A stretch of 44,053 bases of DNA, taken from Draconibacterium orientale (GTDB taxonomy: Bacteria; Bacteroidota; Bacteroidia; Bacteroidales; DYQJ01). The translations under genes and the position numbers were made by a program. How positions within the stretch are numbered: the stretch's first letter is position 1; the number at the start of each line of letters is the position of its first letter. Positions 36,234 to 44,053 of the stretch are shown here, in pieces. The notes beneath the pieces are model-generated. The model saw only the letters and a list, made by a program, of their open reading frames with translations, was not told where the DNA came from and did no database searches. The stretch is taken from NCBI GenBank assembly GCA_020719345.1, contig DYQJ01000003.1:1-44053 (forward strand), in the 5' to 3' direction.

Positions 36234-36830
36234 ATGACGTATCATCTGCCCGATTTAAAAATCATTACCAATGAAACAGCCGATAATTATATCATCTGGC
36301 AACCCGATAAAAAATATATCGTACTCGGTAGAAGCAACGACATTAATGAAGCCGTTAATCCGGATACAGCAACAAACGACAACATAGAAATTATAAAACG
36401 ACACTCCGGAGGACAAACAGTGCTGCTAACTGAAAAAATGCTTATCATCGCTTCTAAAACCGAAGACCATAAATTGCAGAATCCAAAAGTCTATTTTGAA
36501 CTTTTTAATAAAAAGATTATTAACGCATTAACTAATGCAGGAATAAAAAATCTATTTACAAAAGGAATCTCGGATATAACTATTGACGACAAAAAAATAG
36601 TCGGCTCGGCGATATACCGTAAAGACACGATGGTATTTTTCCATGCAGTCCTTAACGTGAGTGAAAATCCGGACATCTTTGCTAAATATTTGAAAATGCC
36701 GCACAAACAACCCGAATACCGTCAAAACAGACCACACCAAGAATTTATCACCTCCTTACTAAACGAAGGATATGTGATTGATATACAATTATTAAAACAA
36801 ATACTAATAGATATTTTTAAATCTTCTTAA
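36234..36830 (+). CDS. Biotin/lipoate A/B protein ligase family protein (LplA/LipB-like catalytic domain)
   Basis: 198 aa with IIKRHSGGQTVLL and DDKKIVGSAIYR (conserved Lys context). Confidence 0.7.
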   Translation: MTYHLPDLKIITNETADNYIIWQPDKKYIVLGRSNDINEAVNPDTATNDNIEIIKRHSGGQTVLLTEKMLIIASKTEDHKLQNPKVYFELFNKKIINALTNAGIKNLFTKGISDITIDDKKIVGSAIYRKDTMVFFHAVLNVSENPDIFAKYLKMPHKQPEYRQNRPHQEFITSLLNEGYVIDIQLLKQILIDIFKSS

Positions 36831-36831
36831 C

Positions 36832-37926
36832 ATGATAAAATTATTACTGTGTCCGCTGGCTTTTATATATGGTTTCATCACCTGGGTTAGAAATTTTCTC
36901 TACGACAGCGAAATTTTAAAGTCTAAAGAGTTCAAAATTTCTACTATTGCAATAGGTAATCTTAGTGCCGGCGGAACAGGAAAAACCCCGCACACCGAAT
37001 ACTTAGTCAAACTCTTGAAAAAAAGATTTAATATAGCCATCCTTAGCAGAGGATACAAGCGTATTTCTAAAGGTTTTTTCATCGCAAATCCAAGCATCAG
37101 CTACAAACAGATAGGAGACGAACCTAAACAAATAGCCAATAAATTCCCGAATATCAAAGTTGCCGTTTGCGAAAACAGAGTAAAAGGAATTAAACAACTA
37201 TTAAAACGCGACGACAAAATTGACATAGTTATATTAGATGACGCATTTCAACATCGCCGCTTAAAATCAAGCATTTCTATATTGCTAATGGACTACAATT
37301 ACCCGTTTTACGAAGACAAATTACTTCCTTGCGGAAGACTCCGAGAAAGCTGGCAACAATATTGCCGCGCAAATATTATTATTATTACAAAAGTCCCAAA
37401 AACGCTAAAACCTATAGACCGAAGACTTATTGCTAAGAATATCAATTTGTTACCTTATCAAACAATTTATTTTACTACGCTTAAATACACCGAACTAAAA
37501 CCCGTATTTAAAGCAAAAAAAATAAATATAGATAACATAGATAAAAAATATGATATACTGATTATCACTGCGATAGCACGTACCCAACTCTTTATTAATT
37601 ATGTTACTAAAAATATATCCGACCAAATAACTCATTTCAAATTTAGTGACCACCACAATTTTAACAAAAAAGATATAACCAAAATAGTCACCGCTTTTGA
37701 AAAAATACAAAATACCAAAAAAATTATTATTTGTACCGAAAAAGATGCCGTAAAACTTCGCGAGAACAAATATATTCACGAAAACTATTATAAATACTTC
37801 TTCTATATCCCAATAGAAATAGAATTTCTGTTTGACTCGGAAGAAGAATTTAACAATCAAATAATAAACAACATAACTAAAAATAAGACTAATTATGAAC
37901 TACAAATATCACTTAAACAGTTCTAA
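36832..37926 (+). CDS. lpxK: Tetraacyldisaccharide 4'-kinase
   Basis: 364 aa with IAIGNLSAGGTGKTPHTEYL, ILSRGYKR, GDEP and ILDDAFQHRRL. Confidence 0.9.
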   Translation: MIKLLLCPLAFIYGFITWVRNFLYDSEILKSKEFKISTIAIGNLSAGGTGKTPHTEYLVKLLKKRFNIAILSRGYKRISKGFFIANPSISYKQIGDEPKQIANKFPNIKVAVCENRVKGIKQLLKRDDKIDIVILDDAFQHRRLKSSISILLMDYNYPFYEDKLLPCGRLRESWQQYCRANIIIITKVPKTLKPIDRRLIAKNINLLPYQTIYFTTLKYTELKPVFKAKKINIDNIDKKYDILIITAIARTQLFINYVTKNISDQITHFKFSDHHNFNKKDITKIVTAFEKIQNTKKIIICTEKDAVKLRENKYIHENYYKYFFYIPIEIEFLFDSEEEFNNQIINNITKNKTNYELQISLKQF

Positions 37927-38443
37927 TAAAATAGTCATATTAGGACCCGAATCAACCGGTAAAACTACATTAGCTAAATTCTTGGCTAATCATTATAAGA
38001 CAAAATATTTACCCGAGTATGCTCGTTATTATGTACAAAAGTTAAATCGTAATTACAATTATAAAGATGTCTGTTATATATACCATAAACAATTAGAATT
38101 GGAAACCAAAATAATGCAGGACAACCAAACTTCTATAGTGTTCATAGATACCGACTTAATTATTATTAAAATATGGTTTGACGTGGTCTTTAAAAAAATG
38201 CCTATTTCTTTACATAAAAATATTTTTATTCATAAAAGTTTTTTATATTTGTTATGTTTTCCCGACTTGGCATGGAAAAAAGATAAAGTGCGAGAAAATG
38301 GAGGAGAGATGCGAAATATACTTTTTGATAAATATAAAACCGAATTAGAATATTACAACTGCAACTACAAAATTATCAGCGGTACAGGAGACAAACGTTT
38401 TCAAAACGCTATAGATATTATTGAAAAAGAGAAATTTTATTAA
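37895..38443 (+). CDS. P-loop ATPase/kinase resembling the NadR C-terminal domain (ribosylnicotinamide kinase-like)
   Basis: 182 aa with IVILGPESTGKTTLAKFLANHY...EYARYY and FIDTD. It overlaps the lpxK 3' end by 32 nt, and there is no later in-frame ATG before the P-loop. Confidence 0.7.
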   Translation: MNYKYHLNSSNKIVILGPESTGKTTLAKFLANHYKTKYLPEYARYYVQKLNRNYNYKDVCYIYHKQLELETKIMQDNQTSIVFIDTDLIIIKIWFDVVFKKMPISLHKNIFIHKSFLYLLCFPDLAWKKDKVRENGGEMRNILFDKYKTELEYYNCNYKIISGTGDKRFQNAIDIIEKEKFY

Positions 38444-38461
38444 CCCTAAATATTTAAGATT

Positions 38462-39025
38462 ATGATAAAAAAGATTAATTTGATTATTTGTTTTGTTTTA
38501 TTGACAACTTTTTTCATCCTTGAAACTAATGCGCAGCAAATAGATAATAAGGATAAAAAACGTACTATTTATTGGTTTGAGGTAAGTGTAAAAATGACCC
38601 CAAATAAGGAAACTAAATTTTTGGAATACTCACTGCACAGGATGGGCAAAAAAGTCTTCTCCGGTGATGTTTACGACTTCAAAGAAAAACTCTGGGGAGG
38701 AATGGCAAGCGGAAGCAAATTACTTGTAGGTCCATTTAGCACATATCCCGATGCAAATGAAGCAATGCTCATGTACGATGTCAAAGATACTAATGAAGTA
38801 GAAAATACTTCTGAAAAATACTGGTTCCTCGTGAAACTTAATTTCTCTGAACGCTCCGGCTCGTATGAACTTGAACGAATGGCTGCCTCTGTTGCAAGCG
38901 GTTCAAAATCAGAGTTTAAAGACATATTAGTAGAAAGTTTAACTTTTAAAACTATTGCAATAGGTCCATTCGGCGATAAATTAGATGCAGAAGAATCCAA
39001 AAGACTATACCGACAAGAAGAATAA
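38462..39025 (+). CDS. Hypothetical secreted protein with two internally similar halves
   Basis: 187 aa with a signal-like LIICFVLLTTFFILETNAQ. The halves are YWFEVSVK...LLVGPFSTYPDANEAM and YWFLVKLN...IAIGPFGDKLDAEESK, loosely SPOR-like. Confidence 0.6.
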   Translation: MIKKINLIICFVLLTTFFILETNAQQIDNKDKKRTIYWFEVSVKMTPNKETKFLEYSLHRMGKKVFSGDVYDFKEKLWGGMASGSKLLVGPFSTYPDANEAMLMYDVKDTNEVENTSEKYWFLVKLNFSERSGSYELERMAASVASGSKSEFKDILVESLTFKTIAIGPFGDKLDAEESKRLYRQEE

Positions 39026-39032
39026 TTTGCAC

Positions 39033-39161
39033 CTATTTAGCACCTATAATGTATTGAATATGAATATTTTTTCTCGCAGAGTTCCGCAAAGTTAAAAAAC
39101 GCAGAGTTTCGCAAAGATTTGAGAAAGATATTGATTATCAATAAATTTAGGTGCTAAATAG
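39033..39161. repeat. 129-bp element bounded by perfect 14-bp inverted repeats, containing CGCAGAG/CGCAAAG word motifs
   Basis: CTATTTAGCACCTA (39033-39046) pairs with TAGGTGCTAAATAG (39148-39161). The interior reads ctcgcagagttccgcaaagttaaaaaacgcagagtttcgcaaag. Confidence 0.8.
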
Positions 39162-39172
39162 TTACAATAATT

Positions 39173-39221
39173 AAAAAAAAACTTTGCCAAAGTTTTCAAC
39201 TTTGGCAAAGTTATTTTTTTT
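39173..39221. terminator. Bidirectional intrinsic terminator
   Basis: A9, then a perfect 14-bp stem ACTTTGCCAAAGTT (39181-94), ttc loop, AACTTTGGCAAAGT (39198-39211), then T8 at 39214-21. It lies between convergent genes ending at 39025 (+) and 39225 (-). Confidence 0.8.
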
Positions 39222-39224
39222 AGA

Positions 39225-39578
39225 CTAAAAAAATATCTTTCTAAAAATCGTCTCTATTAAAAAACCTAAAAAATAAAAAACAATAGTATTCGGCAGAATC
39301 CATATCCACAGTGGAAGATTTAGTGCTATACTAATGAAGAACCAGGGAAATGTGAGAAATAATTGTAAAACGGCACCCTCGCCACGTGCATCTCTACTTA
39401 AGATAAAAATAAGTACAGCAAAAATAAGAAACAACAACGCCAATACTATTCCTACTACTGAAAATTTGGCTGATAATACCGAAGCTAAAAAATATTTGGA
39501 ACTGTAATTTTTCCAGTGATAATACTTATAAACCTTATATGTTCTTATATGCCTTATATGGTTCAAAAAATTTATCAC
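39225..39578 (-). CDS. Small hypothetical membrane protein
   Basis: 117 aa with three hydrophobic helices, co-directional with the GT4 gene 26 nt upstream. Confidence 0.5.
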   Translation of the reverse strand: MINFLNHIRHIRTYKVYKYYHWKNYSSKYFLASVLSAKFSVVGIVLALLFLIFAVLIFILSRDARGEGAVLQLFLTFPWFFISIALNLPLWIWILPNTIVFYFLGFLIETIFRKIFF

Positions 39579-39603
39579 TTAAAAATTTACACTACCAAAT
39601 ATT

Positions 39604-40635
39604 TCATACGTTATTTAAAATCTTTTTGAAAAGAGATAAATATTCTTTGGCTATCACCTCAAGCGAGAACCGATTTACACAATCTTCGCGAACTTTATTA
39701 CGGTCTATCGTGTCTATATTTTTTATCGCTTCTATCATTTGCTCGGTATTATTGACGATGAATCCTGTTTCTTTATCTTTGACTACCTCCGGCACAGAGC
39801 CACGTGCAAATCCGATGACGGGAACTCCACATGCCATTGCCTCTGCCATAACTATTCCAAACGGCTCTTCCCATTTTATAGGAAATAAAAACGCCTTAGC
39901 GCGTTGCAAATAAAACAACTTTTGTGCGTCATCTACGGCGCCGACATATTTAATCAGTGGATTTTCTAAATGCGGTTTTATATACTCTTCAAAATAGTCA
40001 TCATGTCCGGGCTGTATATTGCCGGCAATAATCAATTTATTGTTGGTTGCCAGAGCCGCCTCGATGCACTCGCGAGTACCTTTGATATTTTCTATGCGCC
40101 CTAAAAACATTAAATGCTCTTTGTCAAGTGTGCTGTCCGGAACAAAATAGTCTGTCAAGGTGAAATTATAAATTGCGGTAAACTTGTCTTTATATTTTTT
40201 CAAATGTGTAAGCATGTGTTTTGCCGCCGCAGTAAAGTGCATTCGTTTACCGCCCAGAATACTTGCAAGTGCAGTAGATTTGGTACTTATAAAACGTCCG
40301 TAAGTCATCACAAATGGAACTTTTGAACTAAACAGAGTTGGATACAAATATAAAAGTCTAGAAAAGCTGTGTATAATATCCGGTTTTATTTTATGATAAA
40401 TTAATTTCAATTTCGTTGCATTTTTTATTGTATCTCTATTATTTCTTGATTTTTTGCCTTCCCATTTAAAAATATCTTTTGCAAATTTACAAGTAGAATC
40501 TTCGTGAGCCAGTAAATAAACTTCGTGTCCTAAATTTGCATAAGCTTTCACTAATCCATCTACAAGTCGTTCTACACCCCCATATTTAATTGGAGGCACA
40601 GGTATCTCTGGGTCTACGGTAATTAATATTTTCAT
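39604..40635 (-). CDS. Family 4 (GT-B, GT1-domain) glycosyltransferase
   Basis: 343 aa with EEPFGIVMAEAMACGVPVIGFARGSVPEVVKDKETGFIV (E-x7-E region). Confidence 0.85.
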   Translation of the reverse strand: MKILITVDPEIPVPPIKYGGVERLVDGLVKAYANLGHEVYLLAHEDSTCKFAKDIFKWEGKKSRNNRDTIKNATKLKLIYHKIKPDIIHSFSRLLYLYPTLFSSKVPFVMTYGRFISTKSTALASILGGKRMHFTAAAKHMLTHLKKYKDKFTAIYNFTLTDYFVPDSTLDKEHLMFLGRIENIKGTRECIEAALATNNKLIIAGNIQPGHDDYFEEYIKPHLENPLIKYVGAVDDAQKLFYLQRAKAFLFPIKWEEPFGIVMAEAMACGVPVIGFARGSVPEVVKDKETGFIVNNTEQMIEAIKNIDTIDRNKVREDCVNRFSLEVIAKEYLSLFKKILNNV

Positions 40636-40644
40636 AAAAACGTC

Positions 40645-41715
40645 TTAAATAGATTTCTTGTTCTTTTCTTCTTCTTCGGCTTCTCGCATGAATGTTTCGG
40701 CGGTCTCAACCATAGAACGCGAGCCGATGAAAAATGGTACTCGCTGATGCAAGCTTGTAGGTATGATGTCCATTATACGTTTGTCCATGCCGTCAGATGC
40801 TTTGCCACCGGCTTGCTCTATCAAAAAAGCGATAGGATTGCATTCATACAACAACCTTAATTTTCCATTCGGATATCCTTCTATTGCCGGATAAATAAAA
40901 ATTCCGCCCTTCAACATATTACGGTGAAAATCGGCTACCAATGAACCTATATATCTTGTAGAATATGGTCTATTTGTTTGTTTATCATATACTTGGCAAT
41001 ACTTAATGTATCTTTTTACTCCAAGAGGAAAATGCACATAATTACCTTCGTTGATAGAATAAAACTGTCCACTATCCGGAACTTTCATATTTGGATGCGA
41101 CAAACAAAATTCGCCTATTGAAGGGTCAAGTGTGAAACCATTTACTCCTCTTCCGGTAGTATATACCAGAACGGTAGAAGAACCATATAAAATATATCCG
41201 GCGGCTACCTGACGAGTTCCTTCTTGTAAAAAATCTTGTAATTCGGCTTTGTGACCTGTCTGACTGATACGCCGATAGATAGAAAAAACTGTTCCGATAG
41301 AAACATTTACATCTATATTAGAAGAACCATCAAGAGGATCCATTGTAACAATATATTTACCTTTCTTTGCTACCTCTGTATCAAAAATAACTATATCTTT
41401 GTTCTCCTCTGATGCGATGCCGCAACATTCGGAACTTGCCTGTAGTGCATTAATAAACTTCTCATCAGCAAAAACATCTAATTTTTTAACTGACTCGCCC
41501 TGCACATTGACTGCTCCTATCTCGCCCAGAATGTCCACAAGACCTGCCTTATTTACTTCGCGATTTACTATTTTTGCTGCCAGCCCAATGTGACTCAACA
41601 ACCGCGACAATTCGCCCTTCGCATACGGAAATTCGTTCTGACGTTCTATGATAAATTCGTTGAGTGTAGTAACTCGATGCTTTACCTGCTCCCGATAATT
41701 CTTTTCTGTACTCAT
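40645..41715 (-). CDS. fbp: Class 1 fructose-1,6-bisphosphatase
   Basis: 356 aa with [50 protein letters not shown] and [19 protein letters not shown]. Confidence 0.92.
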   Translation of the reverse strand: MSTEKNYREQVKHRVTTLNEFIIERQNEFPYAKGELSRLLSHIGLAAKIVNREVNKAGLVDILGEIGAVNVQGESVKKLDVFADEKFINALQASSECCGIASEENKDIVIFDTEVAKKGKYIVTMDPLDGSSNIDVNVSIGTVFSIYRRISQTGHKAELQDFLQEGTRQVAAGYILYGSSTVLVYTTGRGVNGFTLDPSIGEFCLSHPNMKVPDSGQFYSINEGNYVHFPLGVKRYIKYCQVYDKQTNRPYSTRYIGSLVADFHRNMLKGGIFIYPAIEGYPNGKLRLLYECNPIAFLIEQAGGKASDGMDKRIMDIIPTSLHQRVPFFIGSRSMVETAETFMREAEEEEKNKKSI

Positions 41716-41806
41716 AATTTTTCATTATTAAATTAAAATGTAAAAGAAAATATTTTTATTCATATAAAACATGACTTTTATTATTGTTTATAAAATAAAA
41801 ATAAAA

Positions 41807-41814
41807 TACTTTTG
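41807..41814 (+). promoter_or_regulatory. Bacteroidota-type -7 box TACTTTTG
   Basis: Matches TAnnTTTG, 33 nt upstream of the ATG at 41847. Confidence 0.4.
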
Positions 41815-41846
41815 TAAAATTTTAAATTTATTAATTAATAATCATT

Positions 41847-43979
41847 ATGAAGATTTTAAATTATTTTGTTATCGTAGCAGTAATGCTTAGTTTGTTTTCT
41901 TGTAAAAATAGTAATAAAACAAAAAAGGAGGAAGCCAATATGAACACAAATCCATTTTTGTCGGAATATAATACCGACTTTAATCTCTATCCGTTTGATA
42001 AAATAAAAACGGAGCATTACATTCCCGCTTTTAAAGAAGCTTTAAAAAAACACGAAGCCGAAATACAAGCCATCATTGACAACAAAGAAGAACCTAATTT
42101 TGAGAACGTTATTGACGCTTTTGACCAATCCGGATATTTGCTGTACGATGTTTACAACTGCTTTGAGAATATCAACTCCGCAAATACCAATGACACCATG
42201 CAAAATATTTCTAAAGAAATGGCGCCTATTCTTACTAAGCATTTTGATAATATCGCCTTAAATGACAAGCTATTTGCCAAAATAAAAGTAATTTATGATG
42301 CCAAAGAAACTTTAAAATTAACAGAAGAACAACAAACCGTACTGGAAGAAATTTATTTAGACTTCGTATCCGGAGGAGCAAATTTAAAAGATGCTGATAA
42401 AGAACGTTTCAGAAAAATAAACGAAGAACTTGCATTACTAACTATTAAATTTGAAGAAAATGTATTAGCCGAAAGTAATAGCTACAAACTCGTCATAGAA
42501 AAGAAAGAAGACTTAGACGGTCTCTCCGAACAAGTTATCGCCATGGCAAGTGAGACAGCTAAGGAAGAAGGAATGGAAGGAAAATGGGTATTTACACTTC
42601 AAAATGCAAGTATAACTCCATTTTTACAGTCCGCTTCAAATAGAGAACTTCGTAAACAAATATTAACAGCATATCAAAGCAGATGCAACAACGGAAATGA
42701 ATCTGATAATAAAGAGAATATCAAACAAATATTGAAACTTAGAAAAGAAAAAGCAATGCTATTGGGATATAAAAATCATGCAGAATTTATCATCTCCAGA
42801 AATATGGCGCAAACAACTGACAAAGTCTCCGACCTTTTGATAAAAGTATGGGAGCCGGCTTTAGAATCGGCAAAAGAAGAAGCAGAAGCGCTGCAAGAAA
42901 TGATTAAAAAAGAAGGTAAAGACTTCAAATTAGAAGCATGGGACTGGGCTTACTACTCGGAAAAACTAAAAAAAGAGAAATATGATTTAAACACTGAAAC
43001 CTTAAAACCTTATTTTGAATTAAATAATGTTAAAGAAGGTTTGTTTACAGTAGTTAATAAATTATATGGACTGAAAATACAAGAAGTAAAAAATGCAGCT
43101 AAATATCATCCTGATGTAACTGTTTACCAAGTACTTAATGCAGATGGCTCACATGTAGGCGTTGTATATTTTGATTTGTATGCCCGAAGCTCAAAAGGTA
43201 GCGGAGCATGGATGAACGCATTTAGAAAACAAACATATTACAAAGGTACTTTTATTGCTCCGGTTATATCTATGGTCTGTAATTTCTCCAAACCAACCGC
43301 AGATAATCCCTCTTTGCTAACTTATGACGAGGTTCAAACTTTGTATCACGAGTTTGGACATGTATTGCATGGATTGTTTTCTAAATGCAATTATTATACT
43401 ATCTCAGGGACTTCAGTAGCACGCGATTTTGTAGAGTTGCCTTCACAAATATTAGAAAACTGGGCTACACATCCCGAAGTGTTAAAAATGTACGCAAAAC
43501 ATTATAAAACCGGCGAAGTTATTCCGCAAGAAATTATAGAACGTTTAGAGGCAAGCTCAAAATACAATCAAGGTTTTACAACTGTAGAATATGTTTCGGC
43601 AGCACTACTTGATATGAAATGGCATACGCTTGATAACACTGATAACATTGATGTAAATAAATTTGAAACCGAGACACTAAATAAACTCGGACTTATACCG
43701 CAAATAGTCACCAGATATCGTACTTCTTACTTCAAACATATTTTTAGCGGTTCATATTCGGCTGGATATTATGCTTATATATGGGCAGAAGTAATTGAAG
43801 CAGATGCTTTTCAAGCATTTGTTGAAAAAGGTATATTTGACCCGACAACAGCAAATTCGTTCCGCGAAAATATTTTGTCTAAGGGAGGATCAATTGACCC
43901 AATGAAATTATACATCAAATTTAGAGGCGCAGAACCTACCATAGAGCCACTACTTAAAAGACGAGGACTTGAATCCTAA
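41847..43979 (+). CDS. dcp: M3-family peptidyl-dipeptidase (Dcp-like) lipoprotein
   Basis: 710 aa with a lipoprotein-like signal VMLSLFSCKN. It has the zinc motif YHEFGHVLHG, a downstream E in FVELPSQILENW, and the M3 pattern across the full length. Confidence 0.88.
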   Translation: MKILNYFVIVAVMLSLFSCKNSNKTKKEEANMNTNPFLSEYNTDFNLYPFDKIKTEHYIPAFKEALKKHEAEIQAIIDNKEEPNFENVIDAFDQSGYLLYDVYNCFENINSANTNDTMQNISKEMAPILTKHFDNIALNDKLFAKIKVIYDAKETLKLTEEQQTVLEEIYLDFVSGGANLKDADKERFRKINEELALLTIKFEENVLAESNSYKLVIEKKEDLDGLSEQVIAMASETAKEEGMEGKWVFTLQNASITPFLQSASNRELRKQILTAYQSRCNNGNESDNKENIKQILKLRKEKAMLLGYKNHAEFIISRNMAQTTDKVSDLLIKVWEPALESAKEEAEALQEMIKKEGKDFKLEAWDWAYYSEKLKKEKYDLNTETLKPYFELNNVKEGLFTVVNKLYGLKIQEVKNAAKYHPDVTVYQVLNADGSHVGVVYFDLYARSSKGSGAWMNAFRKQTYYKGTFIAPVISMVCNFSKPTADNPSLLTYDEVQTLYHEFGHVLHGLFSKCNYYTISGTSVARDFVELPSQILENWATHPEVLKMYAKHYKTGEVIPQEIIERLEASSKYNQGFTTVEYVSAALLDMKWHTLDNTDNIDVNKFETETLNKLGLIPQIVTRYRTSYFKHIFSGSYSAGYYAYIWAEVIEADAFQAFVEKGIFDPTTANSFRENILSKGGSIDPMKLYIKFRGAEPTIEPLLKRRGLES

Positions 43980-44053
43980 ATAAAAAATTAAAGATTAATG
44001 TTTTGGTAGCGTATAAAAATAGTGACCAAAATTCAAATTTACTGATTTTTCAT

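Noticed and set aside
37895-37926. 32-nt overlap of lpxK and the NadR-like ATPase as a sign of frameshift or fusion
   Set aside because: Both ORFs have complete, recognisable N- and C-termini in their own frames. Short overlaps are common in compact operons.
44041-44053. ATG on the minus strand at the right edge (ttttcat)
   Set aside because: The reading frame hits a stop after 4 codons (MKNQ*), so it is not a gene start.
1-44053. tRNA, rRNA or riboswitch genes
   Set aside because: I found no T-loop/acceptor-type patterns (GTTCGAATC-like), no rRNA-like GC-rich blocks and no recognisable riboswitch cores by eye. This is only a visual scan, so tRNAscan-SE or Infernal should confirm it.

Overview
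AT-rich segment, roughly 30% GC by eye, with Bacteroidota hallmarks: Reg_prop/Y_Y_Y propeller sensors, TonB-dependent receptors and TAnnTTTG -7 boxes close to start codons. All family names come from motif recognition by eye; no searches were run. Layout: (1) 198-14767, minus strand, holds six tightly spaced co-directional genes. In transcription order these are a STAND NTPase-TM-coiled coil-WD40 protein, a TonB-dependent receptor with an odd N-terminal extension, an HMGL-like enzyme, a small outer-membrane-like protein, a transporter-HEAT-cNMP fusion, and a propeller sensor kinase lacking the phospho-acceptor His. (2) 14857-15623 holds an RsbW-like kinase and a STAS antagonist. A matching propeller-PAS-SpoIIE phosphatase lies at 32515-36219. 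(3) 17576-26990 is the accessory part. It has a near-perfect 1.75 kb tandem duplication of a predicted AAA-ATPase-like/PD-(D/E)xK gene, decayed toxin-antitoxin scraps, and an Eco57I-like Type IIG restriction-methylase plus a stand-alone methylase. The two methylase genes share two blocks of near-perfect nucleotide identity bracketing their target-recognition regions. A 21-nt exact copy of internal sequence from the duplicated gene sits just after the second methylase. (4) 27100-31891 holds an OM barrel, a rhodanese membrane protein, a membrane protein and a MaoC dehydratase. (5) 31893-32311 is a 54-bp tandem array of 7.8 copies between a stop codon and a strong hairpin. (6) 36234-43979 is housekeeping (LplA-like, lpxK, NadR-like ATPase, GT4, fbp, dcp). 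I saw no tRNA, rRNA, CRISPR, integrase or transposase. My best candidates for something new are the ATPase-nuclease duplicate plus methylase cassette island, the membrane-spanning STAND/receptor pair, and the repeat family built from CGCAAAG/CGCAGAG words.
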